Positions 9,580-19,163 of a stretch of 64,000 nt of DNA are shown here, in pieces. This DNA comes from Armatimonadota bacterium (GTDB lineage Bacteria > Armatimonadota > SYMT01), in assembly GCA_041690135.1 (NCBI GenBank), contig JAWLHY010000002.1:160001-224000 (forward strand). The letters run 5' to 3'. The position numbers and the translations under genes were made by a program. Below the pieces are notes generated by a model that worked only from the letters and a program-made list of their open reading frames with translations, did not search any database and was not told the origin of the DNA. The first letter of the stretch is position 1, and each line of letters starts with the position of its first letter.

Positions 9580-10619
9580 TTCCCTCCGCGGATGACCTCG
9601 AGCGGCACCAGGAACTCACGCCCGGCCGGGACCTTCCCTTCCAGCACGCCCACGGCCGCGCGGACCCCGTACTTGCCCATCAGGTCGGGATGCTGCTCGA
9701 TGGTGGCGTGCATCTCTCCGCTCTTCAGGTAGGGCTGCACGTCCGGGATGTTGTCGTATCCCACCACGGTGACCTGTCCCTTCTTGCCGGCTTCGCTGAT
9801 CGCCTTGAGCGCGCCGAGCGCCATCTTATCGTTCGCGCAGAAGAGGCCCCGGATCTCCGGGTGGGCCGCCAGCATGGACTGGAACTTAGCGTAGGCCTTC
9901 TGGGTATCCCACTCCGCGGCCTCGGAGGCCACCGTGTCCAGCTTACCCTGTGCTCCTTCCGCGAAGCCGCGCTTCCGGGCCTCGGCGTTGTCCACGCCCC
10001 GGATGCCCTCCAGCACCGCCACCTTGCCGCTGCCGCCGAGCGCCTCGGCCAGCGCCGTGCCGGCCAGTTTGCCGCCCTCCTGGTTGTCCGCCCCGATGTA
10101 GGCCGCCAGTTCCAGCCCCGCCGACCGCCCGGTCTCCGGATCGACGCGGTTATCCAGGTTGATTACGCGGATCCCCTTCTCCTGGGCCTGCTTCAGCGCG
10201 GGCACGATCCCCTTGCTGTCGGCCGGCGCGATAAGGATCGCCTCCGCGCCGCGGGCCGTCACGTCCTGCACCAGGGCGAACTGCCGCTCCTTATCGCTCT
10301 CCTGGGCGGGCGCCTGGACCTCCAGTTCCACGCCCAGTGCTTTCGCCTCGGCCTCCGCCGCCGCGATCATGGGGGTGAAGAACGGGTTGTTGCGGGTCTT
10401 CACGATCAGCGCGATCTTGTACGGCTTCGAGGCCTTCTCCACCCCGTCCAGCTCCGCCTGGGTCAGCTTCTCGGCCTCCGCCGGCGCGCCGGCGGCGGGG
10501 GCATTGGAGCCGGCGGCGGAGGGTGCCGCTTCGGGTGAGGTCGCGGGCTCCTCTTTCCCACAGCCGGCCGTCAGCAGGAGCGCGAGGGAGACTCCCCAGA
10601 GAGTGGTTTTCCGTTGCAT
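9576..10619 (-). CDS. Sugar ABC transporter substrate-binding lipoprotein (RbsB-like)
   Basis: Lipobox LTAGC; NPFF, DN..GG, ANDKMALGA, GYD. Confidence 0.92.
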   Translation of the reverse strand: MQRKTTLWGVSLALLLTAGCGKEEPATSPEAAPSAAGSNAPAAGAPAEAEKLTQAELDGVEKASKPYKIALIVKTRNNPFFTPMIAAAEAEAKALGVELEVQAPAQESDKERQFALVQDVTARGAEAILIAPADSKGIVPALKQAQEKGIRVINLDNRVDPETGRSAGLELAAYIGADNQEGGKLAGTALAEALGGSGKVAVLEGIRGVDNAEARKRGFAEGAQGKLDTVASEAAEWDTQKAYAKFQSMLAAHPEIRGLFCANDKMALGALKAISEAGKKGQVTVVGYDNIPDVQPYLKSGEMHATIEQHPDLMGKYGVRAAVGVLEGKVPAGREFLVPLEVIRGGK

Positions 10620-10623
10620 AGCT

Positions 10624-11829
10624 TTAACTCTTTCGAAGGCGGTCCACCATGACCGCGAGCACGATGACGATACCGACGACCACCCCCTGCAGGGTGTCCT
10701 GAACCCCCACCAGTACCAGCCCGGCGTTCAGCACGGCGATGGTGAGTGCACCGACCAGGCTCCCGACGATACTGCCCCGGCCGCCGCTGAGGCTGGTCCC
10801 GCCCAGCACCACCGCGGCGATGGCGTTGAGCTCCGCGCCCATCCCGGCGCCGGTGTCGGCCACCTGGAACTTGGCGGTCAGCACCACGGCGGCGATGCCC
10901 GCTCCGAGGCCCGAGAGCAGGTAGGCGAGGGTCTTGTACCCCAGTATGTTCACGCCGCTGAGGCGCGCGGCCTCCTCGTTGGCGCCGATGGCCTGGACCA
11001 TGCGCCCCGGCCGGGTCCGCGCCTGGAGCACGGCCGCCAGCACCACCACGACCAGGGCAATCAACACCAGGGGCGCCCCCTGCCCCAGGCTGCCCAGCCG
11101 CGCCGGCAGGCCGGAGACACTGTTGCCGTCGGTCGCGTAAACGGTCAGCCCGCGCGCGGCCGTGAGCATTCCCAGGGTGACCACGAAGGAGGGGACCTTT
11201 CCGAAAGAGACGACCGCGCCGTTGATGAGCCCGCACCCCAGGCCCACGGCGAGCGCCGCCAGGATCGCCCCTTCTAGCCGGATGCCTCCACGCGTTAGCT
11301 GAAGGATGAGGAACCCACCCAGCGCCGTCGCCACAACGGCCGCCAGGGAACTGGCGGCCCCAGTGACAACCTCTGGACGCACCCACCCCCGACGGCCGGC
11401 CCGCTCACCAGCTAAGCCGCCTTCCCCTTGCGGCCCATAACCTTCAACCTTCCACCTGCAACTCGCAACCCTTCCCACCAGGGTTGCGGCGATGGCGCCG
11501 AAGGGGACCGCCATCAGCAGCGCCAGGAAAGGCGGGGGGCCCTCCGTGACCGTGAGACCGAGTGCTACGCCGCAGAGCGCCATCACCGACCCCACGGAGA
11601 GATCGATCCCCCCGGTGAGGATCACGAAGGTAAGGCCCGTCGCCAGGATCACGTTGGTGGCCGCCTGCTGGAGCAGGTTCGGCAGGTACTCCCGGGTCCA
11701 GAACGTCCGCGCAAAGTCCGGATGAAGGGAGAAGCCCCCGCAGACGAGCGCCAGCAGTAGCCACGGCCGCAGCGTGCGGGCCAGGCCTTCCGGGAGAACG
11801 GTAGTTTTTTTTGTCGGTGTGAGGGACAT
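10624..11829 (-). CDS. Sugar ABC transporter permease (RbsC-like) with an internal insertion
   Basis: GGIDLSVGS, PSFVVTLGML, GANEEAARLSG, ELNAIAAVVLGGTSL.GG.G. Confidence 0.92.
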   Translation of the reverse strand: MSLTPTKKTTVLPEGLARTLRPWLLLALVCGGFSLHPDFARTFWTREYLPNLLQQAATNVILATGLTFVILTGGIDLSVGSVMALCGVALGLTVTEGPPPFLALLMAVPFGAIAATLVGRVASCRWKVEGYGPQGEGGLAGERAGRRGWVRPEVVTGAASSLAAVVATALGGFLILQLTRGGIRLEGAILAALAVGLGCGLINGAVVSFGKVPSFVVTLGMLTAARGLTVYATDGNSVSGLPARLGSLGQGAPLVLIALVVVVLAAVLQARTRPGRMVQAIGANEEAARLSGVNILGYKTLAYLLSGLGAGIAAVVLTAKFQVADTGAGMGAELNAIAAVVLGGTSLSGGRGSIVGSLVGALTIAVLNAGLVLVGVQDTLQGVVVGIVIVLAVMVDRLRKS

Positions 11830-11998
11830 CAAATGCCGTGATTTATGTCGGGCCCGATCGCAACCGCCAATGGGACGCTGCGCGGGCCAACGCGAAATCG
11901 CGAAAGGGCGAAATCGCGAAAGTGCAAAGAACGCAGGCGGAGGCACCCGGCCTGACCTCTAAACGACACAGTTGCCCCACGTCCCAGGTCAAAGTCCA

Positions 11999-14365
11999 TC
12001 AGTCTGCATAGGCCTGGAGCTCGGCACAGGAGGCGAAGGCCTGCTTGGGATTATCGCCGTGAGCGGGCTTGCCGACGATGCGCACCGCTATTGCTCGGAC
12101 CGGTTCCCGCAGGCGCAGCGTGAAGAGTTGCTCCTCCTTGAGGCCGCGGGAATCGGTGGATGTGGTGGCGGGATACTCGTCCAGGGTGCCGACCGGGAAC
12201 CAGGGGCCGCCCCTCTCGTGCTGTACCTCCACCCGGGGCTTGCCGGCGGAAGCGTCGAACCAGCCGCCGTCGTGGAAGGTTTTGCCGTGGGCATACACCA
12301 CCCGCCGGATCTCGATCGGCTCCGTTCGCTCCACGGCGAACCAGTCTTCCTCGCGCGGCTGGTTGTCGAACGTGACCACGAACGTCGCGGGGTCGCCGTC
12401 CGAGATCTCGCCGACCACGTTCCCAACGCGGGACCGGGTCTCCTCCGCGAAGGCGAAAGGAGAGGTTGCCTTGGGTAGCGGCGCGTCGGGCGCCCGCAGC
12501 CAGACGGCATAGCGACCACCGGTGCTGCCCGCCTCCGCGAACGGCACCAGGCGCGCCGGCGCCACGCGGCCCTGGGCGTCCGCCACGGGAGCGGAGAAGG
12601 AGACGGGGGAGTCGGCCGCGACCTGCTGCGAGATCTCGGCGGCGGACTGGTCGGTCAGGCCGAGGGCGCGCGGCGAGGGAAGGCGCGGGTTTCGGGCTCC
12701 GTCCACGGCCAGGACCATCGGCCCGTAGGTGAGCGCGGCCCGTCCGGCGTTCCCGTGGCTGCCCGGTATCAGGCGCACCGGCACGGAGAAGGAGACGCGG
12801 AGACGGTCGCCGTCCCGCCACTGGCGGACCGGCAGCACCAGCCAGCCGTCGTAGGGGGCAGGCCGGGAGACCCGGTCCCCGATCTGCACGGAAAGCGGCT
12901 GCGCCCAGGCCGGGGCCCGGAAGCGGAGGCCGAAGCGAACCGGGCGTGGGGTGCGGATCGTCAGCTCCGACTGGCCGGAGAACTTCCCCTCCGTCCCCAC
13001 CGCCTGCGGGAAGAGGGTCTGCTGCTCCAGGGTGATTTGAGCCTCTCCCATGGGCAGGGTGGCGGTGGAGGCCTCAAAGAGGTTCACCACTACGGTATCC
13101 GGTCCGGCTCCGGGCTTCCGCTGCCGGAGATAGGCCAGTTGAGGCGCCATCGCCATGCCGCGCGGACCGCTGGAGACGCAGCAGTTGATGCCGGGGCCGT
13201 AGGGCTTGGTCCCCTCCAGGGAGGTGTAGTAGCACCAGTGGGCGCCGTCCGGCCGTTGGGCCGCGGCGAGGTGGTTGTAGTAGGAGCGCTCCAGCTCGTC
13301 CGCGTACCGGGCCTCCCCGGTGAGACGCAAAAGCTGGGTGTTGAGCTGGATCCAGGTAACGGTGACGCAGGTCTCTCCCACGTTCGCCCCCATGGCGTTC
13401 GGCAGCTCGTGCGGCTCGTGGAAGTGCTCGAAGTGGCTGGCGCTGCCGGTGAGGTAGAGGTGGTTGGCGACCACGTCTTCCCAGGCGATCACCGCGGGCT
13501 GCAGGTACTGTCGGTCTCCCGTCACTCGCGCCAGCTCGCAGAGGCCCACCAGGTTCGAGAGCATCTCGTAGGCCTTGGCGTTGGCCGTTTTGCGGACCGC
13601 TTTCTCCGCGAGGAGCGCGCTCATCAACCGCGGCCCGCTCGGCTCATCCCACGCGCGGACCAGGTACTTCGCAAACTCCCGGTAGCGCCCGTCTCCGGTG
13701 GTGCGGTAGAGGATGACCATCGGTTCCAGCACGCTGGTGGAGGCCATCCCCACGTGGGTCCCGGCCGCCAGGATGCTCTTCTTATCGGGGCCGAAGGTCT
13801 TGAGGAGGAGGTCCCCGATCTTGCGGGAGGCCTCCAGCGCCTCGGCGCGGCCCGTGTAGTGATAGTAGGTGAGCAGACCGATCAGGTTGTACTTGTGGAC
13901 CCACACGTCCCAGTCCGCGCCCGGGTACTTCCCGAACCGCTGCGTGGGCACGTAGGTGCCCAGGTAGCCGTCCGGCTCCTGGGTCTTCAGCAGTTCCGTT
14001 ACCACCCGGTCGAGTTTCCGGCGCAGCCCGGAGTCGCCGGTGTTCACCCAGGCCAGCGTGGCGGCGTGCAGCCACTTGCCCACATGCTCGCCGACCCAGG
14101 CCTGTTCCCCCGGCCGATTGCGGAACCCGGCGAGCAGGGCGTCTTCATTCACGCGCAGGAGGCGGTTCTTCTCGTTGTTCTCGACGCGCTTGCCCAGGTA
14201 GCCGGTCAGCTTCACCGCGTCCGGCGGCAGGAACTCCAGCACGTCCGGCAGCTTCGCCTCTACGCGGTACGGCACTGGAGTGGCCGGCGGCGCGGGCGCC
14301 TGGGCATTGCCCACCGCCGCTACGGCGCCCAGCAACACAGATCCAAACATCGCCGGATATCGCAT
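11999..14365 (-). CDS. GH127 beta-L-arabinofuranosidase-like hydrolase with C-terminal beta-sandwich domain
   Basis: Signal peptide; GKWL.AA, Q.PDGYLG, ETC, ERSYYN, CC..SG.RG, GPMVLA. Confidence 0.85.
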   Translation of the reverse strand: MRYPAMFGSVLLGAVAAVGNAQAPAPPATPVPYRVEAKLPDVLEFLPPDAVKLTGYLGKRVENNEKNRLLRVNEDALLAGFRNRPGEQAWVGEHVGKWLHAATLAWVNTGDSGLRRKLDRVVTELLKTQEPDGYLGTYVPTQRFGKYPGADWDVWVHKYNLIGLLTYYHYTGRAEALEASRKIGDLLLKTFGPDKKSILAAGTHVGMASTSVLEPMVILYRTTGDGRYREFAKYLVRAWDEPSGPRLMSALLAEKAVRKTANAKAYEMLSNLVGLCELARVTGDRQYLQPAVIAWEDVVANHLYLTGSASHFEHFHEPHELPNAMGANVGETCVTVTWIQLNTQLLRLTGEARYADELERSYYNHLAAAQRPDGAHWCYYTSLEGTKPYGPGINCCVSSGPRGMAMAPQLAYLRQRKPGAGPDTVVVNLFEASTATLPMGEAQITLEQQTLFPQAVGTEGKFSGQSELTIRTPRPVRFGLRFRAPAWAQPLSVQIGDRVSRPAPYDGWLVLPVRQWRDGDRLRVSFSVPVRLIPGSHGNAGRAALTYGPMVLAVDGARNPRLPSPRALGLTDQSAAEISQQVAADSPVSFSAPVADAQGRVAPARLVPFAEAGSTGGRYAVWLRAPDAPLPKATSPFAFAEETRSRVGNVVGEISDGDPATFVVTFDNQPREEDWFAVERTEPIEIRRVVYAHGKTFHDGGWFDASAGKPRVEVQHERGGPWFPVGTLDEYPATTSTDSRGLKEEQLFTLRLREPVRAIAVRIVGKPAHGDNPKQAFASCAELQAYAD

Positions 14366-14457
14366 CGAACCCTCTCCCATAAACCGTCAACCGCAGGTGA
14401 AGCCCTTAACCAGGTGGTACGAGCCAGTAACCGAAGCCGGCCAGAACCTGTTCTGTA

Positions 14458-15291
14458 TCACGCCATTCTATCGTTCAATATTAACTCGGCCGCACGGCGC
14501 ACGATCGGCGCAGGGTCGCAGGCGTAAAGCCCCGCGCAACTGAAGCCGTTCAACTCCAGGAGATAGTATCGACCGTCTGACTCGCAGACGTCGGCAACAA
14601 AGATCGGATCGGGCCGCCAGCGCACGGTAGCGAGTACTTCTCCAATGAAGTCCGCGACTTCCGGAGGGCAGCCGGTCACGACATCGATGGCTTCGACCGT
14701 GCGGTAGCGGCTTGCCGCCAGCACTTCTTCTCCGGAGACCACCAGTCTCCATTCTGCTCCAATCCGGCGCGGAGCCGCGACCACTACCAGGGGTTCCGGG
14801 TCGTAGCGCGCCGGCGCCAGGGCGTCGCCAAACGCCTCCCGATCCACCAGGCGGCCGGTGAAGCGCTTGTCTCCCGTGTCCGGCCGCAGAAACACCTGCC
14901 CGTCACGGCCAAATAGCTCGAACAACCAGTTCCCAAGGCGCAGCGCCTCGTAGCTCGGCAGTAGCGCGTACCGGGAGTTCAACAGGTACTCGCCCAGGTG
15001 CGCCGCATAGACGGACCACCGCAGCCGCTCAGCCGTACACCATCCCAGCGGTTTCCACTCAGACCGCTGCTCCCGCAGGTATGCCAGCAGGGCATACGAG
15101 CTTTGCACCAGCACCGGGACCCGCTGTTCCGTGATTTCCCGCAGGAGCGTATCGTGGGGGTTGTTGACCAGGCTCTGGAATCGAACGACGTGATAGGTCA
15201 TCCCTTGCCGACGGATTTCCGCCTTCAGGGGTTCGAGAGAGGTGCCGAAGGCATCCGCTTCGATCAACCAGGTCAGCACCATGGGAAACAC
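14458..15291 (-). CDS. ATP-grasp domain protein (DUF4343/R2K-like)
   Basis: VFLRPD...K.FTG, EWR.VV, FV.DV, LLELN.FSCAGLY.CD. Confidence 0.75.
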   Translation of the reverse strand: MFPMVLTWLIEADAFGTSLEPLKAEIRRQGMTYHVVRFQSLVNNPHDTLLREITEQRVPVLVQSSYALLAYLREQRSEWKPLGWCTAERLRWSVYAAHLGEYLLNSRYALLPSYEALRLGNWLFELFGRDGQVFLRPDTGDKRFTGRLVDREAFGDALAPARYDPEPLVVVAAPRRIGAEWRLVVSGEEVLAASRYRTVEAIDVVTGCPPEVADFIGEVLATVRWRPDPIFVADVCESDGRYYLLELNGFSCAGLYACDPAPIVRRAAELILNDRMA

Positions 15292-15297
15292 TCCCGG

Positions 15298-16413
15298 CTA
15301 CCGTCGTCCGATGCCGAACTGGTCGCCGGCACGAACCGGTTTGCCGTCCCGGAAGTGGATCTCCAGCACTTTCTCGCTGTGCACCGGGCGCCCCGTTTCG
15401 TCCGTGAGGGTCGCGACGATGCGGCGGGTCTTTGTATCGATGATCTCGCCGGTCGAGGGGTAGGCGTGCTTGCCGTCCAGGCTGAAGGTCACCCAGCCGG
15501 GTTGGTCGCGGAGCTTGAGGCTGGCTACTTGGCGGGGCGGCAGCTTCTGATTGTCGAAGATGTGGACCCGCTCGTTGGAGGCATCCACGACCCAGACTTC
15601 CTTCTCATCCGGTGTGAGCCCCACCCCGTGGCTGGGGCAGCCGTGCCGCTTGATCGGGCCCTGTTGGTAACCCTGGACCTCCACCCGGTGGATCATCTTT
15701 CCCGACTTCAGATCCCCGATCTCGAAGCCGAGCAGCCCGTTGACACAGACGAAGGCGAGGCTCTGGTCGCGATTGATCGTGAAGGGACGGATGGAGCCGC
15801 TGAACGGGCCGACCTGCGCTGTTACCTGGTGGGAGCGCGTATCGGCGACGAACAGCATCGGCGACTTGAGGCCGCCCATGTAGACCCGCTTGCCGTCGGC
15901 CCCGTAAACGGTGTTGTGCGCTCCAGAGTGGGTGACCACCTTCGCCAGCAGGTTGCCGGTTTCGGCATCCACGGCGTTCCAGTGCGGGCCTTCGAAAGAG
16001 GGCAGGTACATCACCTTCCCATCCGGGGAGAGCGACATCCGGTCGCATCCGCCCTCGTAAACCTTCTCCCACACCGGCTTCTCGGTCAGCAAGTCGAGGC
16101 AGAGCAGGCGCTGGGGCGTGCTGACGTACAGCTTGCCGGTCTTCGCGCTGGCGCAGACGCCCTTCACGTTCTCGGCCGGCTTCTCCTCAACCACGGGGAA
16201 CGTGGGGATGCGCTTCACGAAGCGGTAGTTGTCGTCCCGGTCGAAGACCAGCACGCCCACGCCGCCGTACTCCACGTAGTTGCGGATGCCCGGCGAGGCC
16301 ACATACAGGTAGCGCTGCGTCTTCCCGGCGGCGTGGGGCGGCGGCGAGGACGCTAACAAGAGGGTGCCGGTCAGCAGGGCGGTGGCGGAAACGAGGATCT
16401 TCGGAAGTTTCAT
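15298..16413 (-). CDS. Secreted YncE/YVTN-like beta-propeller protein
   Basis: Signal peptide; repeated SPDGK/TPDEK blades; SHGVGLTPD. Confidence 0.8.
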   Translation of the reverse strand: MKLPKILVSATALLTGTLLLASSPPPHAAGKTQRYLYVASPGIRNYVEYGGVGVLVFDRDDNYRFVKRIPTFPVVEEKPAENVKGVCASAKTGKLYVSTPQRLLCLDLLTEKPVWEKVYEGGCDRMSLSPDGKVMYLPSFEGPHWNAVDAETGNLLAKVVTHSGAHNTVYGADGKRVYMGGLKSPMLFVADTRSHQVTAQVGPFSGSIRPFTINRDQSLAFVCVNGLLGFEIGDLKSGKMIHRVEVQGYQQGPIKRHGCPSHGVGLTPDEKEVWVVDASNERVHIFDNQKLPPRQVASLKLRDQPGWVTFSLDGKHAYPSTGEIIDTKTRRIVATLTDETGRPVHSEKVLEIHFRDGKPVRAGDQFGIGRR

Positions 16414-16616
16414 GGCCCGGACTCCGGTGTCGGCAGGATGATAGTTATTCTTCCCGCAGGGATGCCGGAAACTCCTCCGGATGCATCGTCCCGGTGTTTC
16501 CCCGGTCGCTGGAGGGCACGTGGGCCCCTGCCCCGGATCATGGCATCCCTCGTCACTCGGGTCTCTACCAGAGCCTGCCGGAATACCGTTAGGGCCTCCG
16601 TAGGGAAGGAAAGCCC

Positions 16617-17900
16617 ATGTTCAATGGTGACGGCAAAGTAGATGTCGCGGTTAGCGTGCATGAGGGTAACCGACTGGTGGTGCTGCTCGGCAACGGCGCA
16701 GGCGGCTTCAGCATGTCGGCGAACCTGCTGGACCGGAGCCTACCGGCTCGGGTAGTCAGCGCCGATTTCAACGAAGACGGCCGCATGGACCTGGCGACGT
16801 CCCACTACAACTCGAGCGATGTCCGTGTGTTTTTGGGCAACGGAAACGGCACCTTCGTCCTCCAGCGCACCCGCTATTTCGTCGGATTCAGCGCTCCCAT
16901 TGCGACGTATTCCGCACAGATCGTGACGGAGGACTTCAACCTGGATGGTCACGCCGACCTGGCCACGTCGAACTACTTCGATGGATCCATCTCCCTCCTC
17001 TACGGGAAGGGAGACGGCACTTTCCACGACGGGACGGGAGCTGTGCGGGCCAAGAACTACCCGGTGGGCTACCTGCCCCATCTCATGGGCAGCGGTGATC
17101 TCGATGGAGACGGTGACGCGGACCTGGCGATCCCGCTGGCCGGCTCCCGGCAGTTCGCCACCTATGAGAACCGGGGGACCAGTTTCGTGCAGGGGCCGAC
17201 GATCCTCTCGGATGGTCAGGACCTCGCCAGCCTCGCGATGGGAGATCTGAATGGTGACGGGCGCGCGGATGTCGTCGCGGCGCATAACGGAGGCACCTTC
17301 GCCTCGGTGTTCCTTTCCGTGGGTCCCCTGACGGTGCAGTCCGTCACCGTCCAGCCGGGCAGCTTCATCGGCGGCTACCAGAGTGCCTCGGGGGTGGTGA
17401 CGCTCAGTCGTCCGGCCACCGCCGGGGGCGTCGAGGTGCAACTCGCGACCACCAATACCGCCGTCACCGTGCCGGCGAGCGTCGTTATCGCCGAGGGGGA
17501 GACCCAGGCCACGTTCCCCGTGACCGCCCCCTACGTGACGCAGACCTTCACGGGTGTGGTGACCGCAACCCTGAATGGCAGCAAGAACGCGCCCGTAACG
17601 GTGCGGCCGATCAGCGTCGATGCCTTGTCACTGTCGCCGAACCCCGCGAGTGATGGGAAGAAGGTCATCGGCACGCTGACCCTGGATGCGCCGGCGGCGC
17701 CTGGGGCCCTGACCGTGGCCCTTTCGAGCGACAGTCCGGACGCGGCGGAGGTGCGGGTCGATACTGTCACCGTAGCGCAGGGCCAGACCCAGGTGAGCTT
17801 CAAAATCAAGACGCGTCAGGTGCCGATGCCCACCGAGGTCACGATCTCGGCCACCCTGCACGGAATCACCACGAGCACGGTGCTCACGGTGCTGCCGTAG
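16617..17900 (+). CDS. FG-GAP/VCBS repeat protein with two C-terminal Ig-like repeats (possibly 5'-truncated)
   Basis: Five D.N.DG..D repeats; two 'G.VTL..PA..G...V.L' modules; begins mid-repeat with no signal peptide. Confidence 0.75.
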   Translation: MFNGDGKVDVAVSVHEGNRLVVLLGNGAGGFSMSANLLDRSLPARVVSADFNEDGRMDLATSHYNSSDVRVFLGNGNGTFVLQRTRYFVGFSAPIATYSAQIVTEDFNLDGHADLATSNYFDGSISLLYGKGDGTFHDGTGAVRAKNYPVGYLPHLMGSGDLDGDGDADLAIPLAGSRQFATYENRGTSFVQGPTILSDGQDLASLAMGDLNGDGRADVVAAHNGGTFASVFLSVGPLTVQSVTVQPGSFIGGYQSASGVVTLSRPATAGGVEVQLATTNTAVTVPASVVIAEGETQATFPVTAPYVTQTFTGVVTATLNGSKNAPVTVRPISVDALSLSPNPASDGKKVIGTLTLDAPAAPGALTVALSSDSPDAAEVRVDTVTVAQGQTQVSFKIKTRQVPMPTEVTISATLHGITTSTVLTVLP

Positions 17901-17923
17901 TCTTCAGCGGGAGACGGGTAACA

Positions 17924-17965
17924 CAACAACCGGGCCGGGAGGACAACCTCCCGGCCCGGTTGTTG
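17924..17965. terminator. Hairpin between convergent genes (probable bidirectional terminator)
   Basis: CAACAACCGGGCCGGGAGG-ACAA-CCTCCCGGCCCGGTTGTTG, a perfect 19-bp stem. Confidence 0.75.
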
Positions 17966-18047
17966 CCGGCCAGGAAACCGGTAGACCTCGAAGCGCCACG
18001 GCACACCAGCCCGGTAAATGCGGATCAGAGCGGTACCGCTCCCAGGA

Positions 18048-19145
18048 TTACAGGCGGACCGGCTGACCCGTCCGGGCGGACTCGTAGACCGCCAGGATGA
18101 TCTCCACCGCCGGACGGCCGTCCTCGCCGGTGACCATCGGGTCCCGGTCCTCGCGGATGGCGTCGATGAAGTCCTGAAGCTGGATGATATGCCCCTGCTG
18201 GCTGATGGCGCGGGGATCGGAGGCAGCGCTGCCGGCGCCGTCACTGCTGAAGTCCGGCTCCGGAACACCCGGCACAGCCCACTTCACGATTCGCTCTCCG
18301 TCCACCATGATCGTGCCGCGGTCGCCGTGGAATTCGAGGCGGTGGTCCAACCCGCCCCACTTCTTCACTTCCACATTGCCGCTCTCGTCCTTCTCCCACT
18401 CCACGCTGCCGATGACGGAGGTGGTCCCCTCCAGGGTCCCGAAGGCCCCGTTCTTGAACCGGATGGCGGAGACGGTGGTGTCTTCCACCTCGATGTCGCG
18501 CGCCAGGTGGTCGGCGAAGCTGAAGATGGTATCGACCGGTCCCATCACCCACTGCAGGATGTCGACGAGGTGGACGCCCTGGTTCATCAGCGCGCCGCCG
18601 CCGTCGAGGGCCCAGGTGCCCCGCCAGGCTCCGCTGTTGTAGTACTCCTGCGAGCGGTAGTACTTGAGGTAGGCATCCCCCAGTACCATCTTGCCGAGCG
18701 CCCCGGACTGGACGGTCTCCCGCACTACCTGCCACAGCGGCGAGGTGCGGCGCTGGAAGATCACGCCCAGTTTCGTGCCGTTGCGCCGGACCGTGGAGAT
18801 CATCGCGTCGATCTTCTCCAGGGTGATGTCCATCGGCTTCTCGGTCATGGCGTGCTTCCCGGCGTTGGAAGCCTGGATCACCATGTCTGCGTGCATGCCG
18901 CTGGGCGTGCAGATGCTGACCGCGTCGATCTCGGGGTCGGCGAGGAGGTCCTCGATATGCGTGTAGGTCTTCGGGATGCCGAACTTCTCGGCAAAGGCCT
19001 GGGCCTTCTCCGGCACCTCGTCGCAGCATGCCACGAGGCGCGCGCCCCGCACGTGGTCTTTGAGGGAGCCCGCGTGCCAGGGTGCGATGACGCCGCACCC
19101 GACAACGCCGTACCCTACCGTATCGTTCGGACCGATTCTACGCAT
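18048..19145 (-). CDS. Gfo/Idh/MocA oxidoreductase
   Basis: GCGVI, CTPSGMH, EKPMD, WRGTWALDGGGALMNQGVH. Confidence 0.93.
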   Translation of the reverse strand: MRRIGPNDTVGYGVVGCGVIAPWHAGSLKDHVRGARLVACCDEVPEKAQAFAEKFGIPKTYTHIEDLLADPEIDAVSICTPSGMHADMVIQASNAGKHAMTEKPMDITLEKIDAMISTVRRNGTKLGVIFQRRTSPLWQVVRETVQSGALGKMVLGDAYLKYYRSQEYYNSGAWRGTWALDGGGALMNQGVHLVDILQWVMGPVDTIFSFADHLARDIEVEDTTVSAIRFKNGAFGTLEGTTSVIGSVEWEKDESGNVEVKKWGGLDHRLEFHGDRGTIMVDGERIVKWAVPGVPEPDFSSDGAGSAASDPRAISQQGHIIQLQDFIDAIREDRDPMVTGEDGRPAVEIILAVYESARTGQPVRL

Positions 19146-19163
19146 GGTCAGTTCTTCTGGGGG

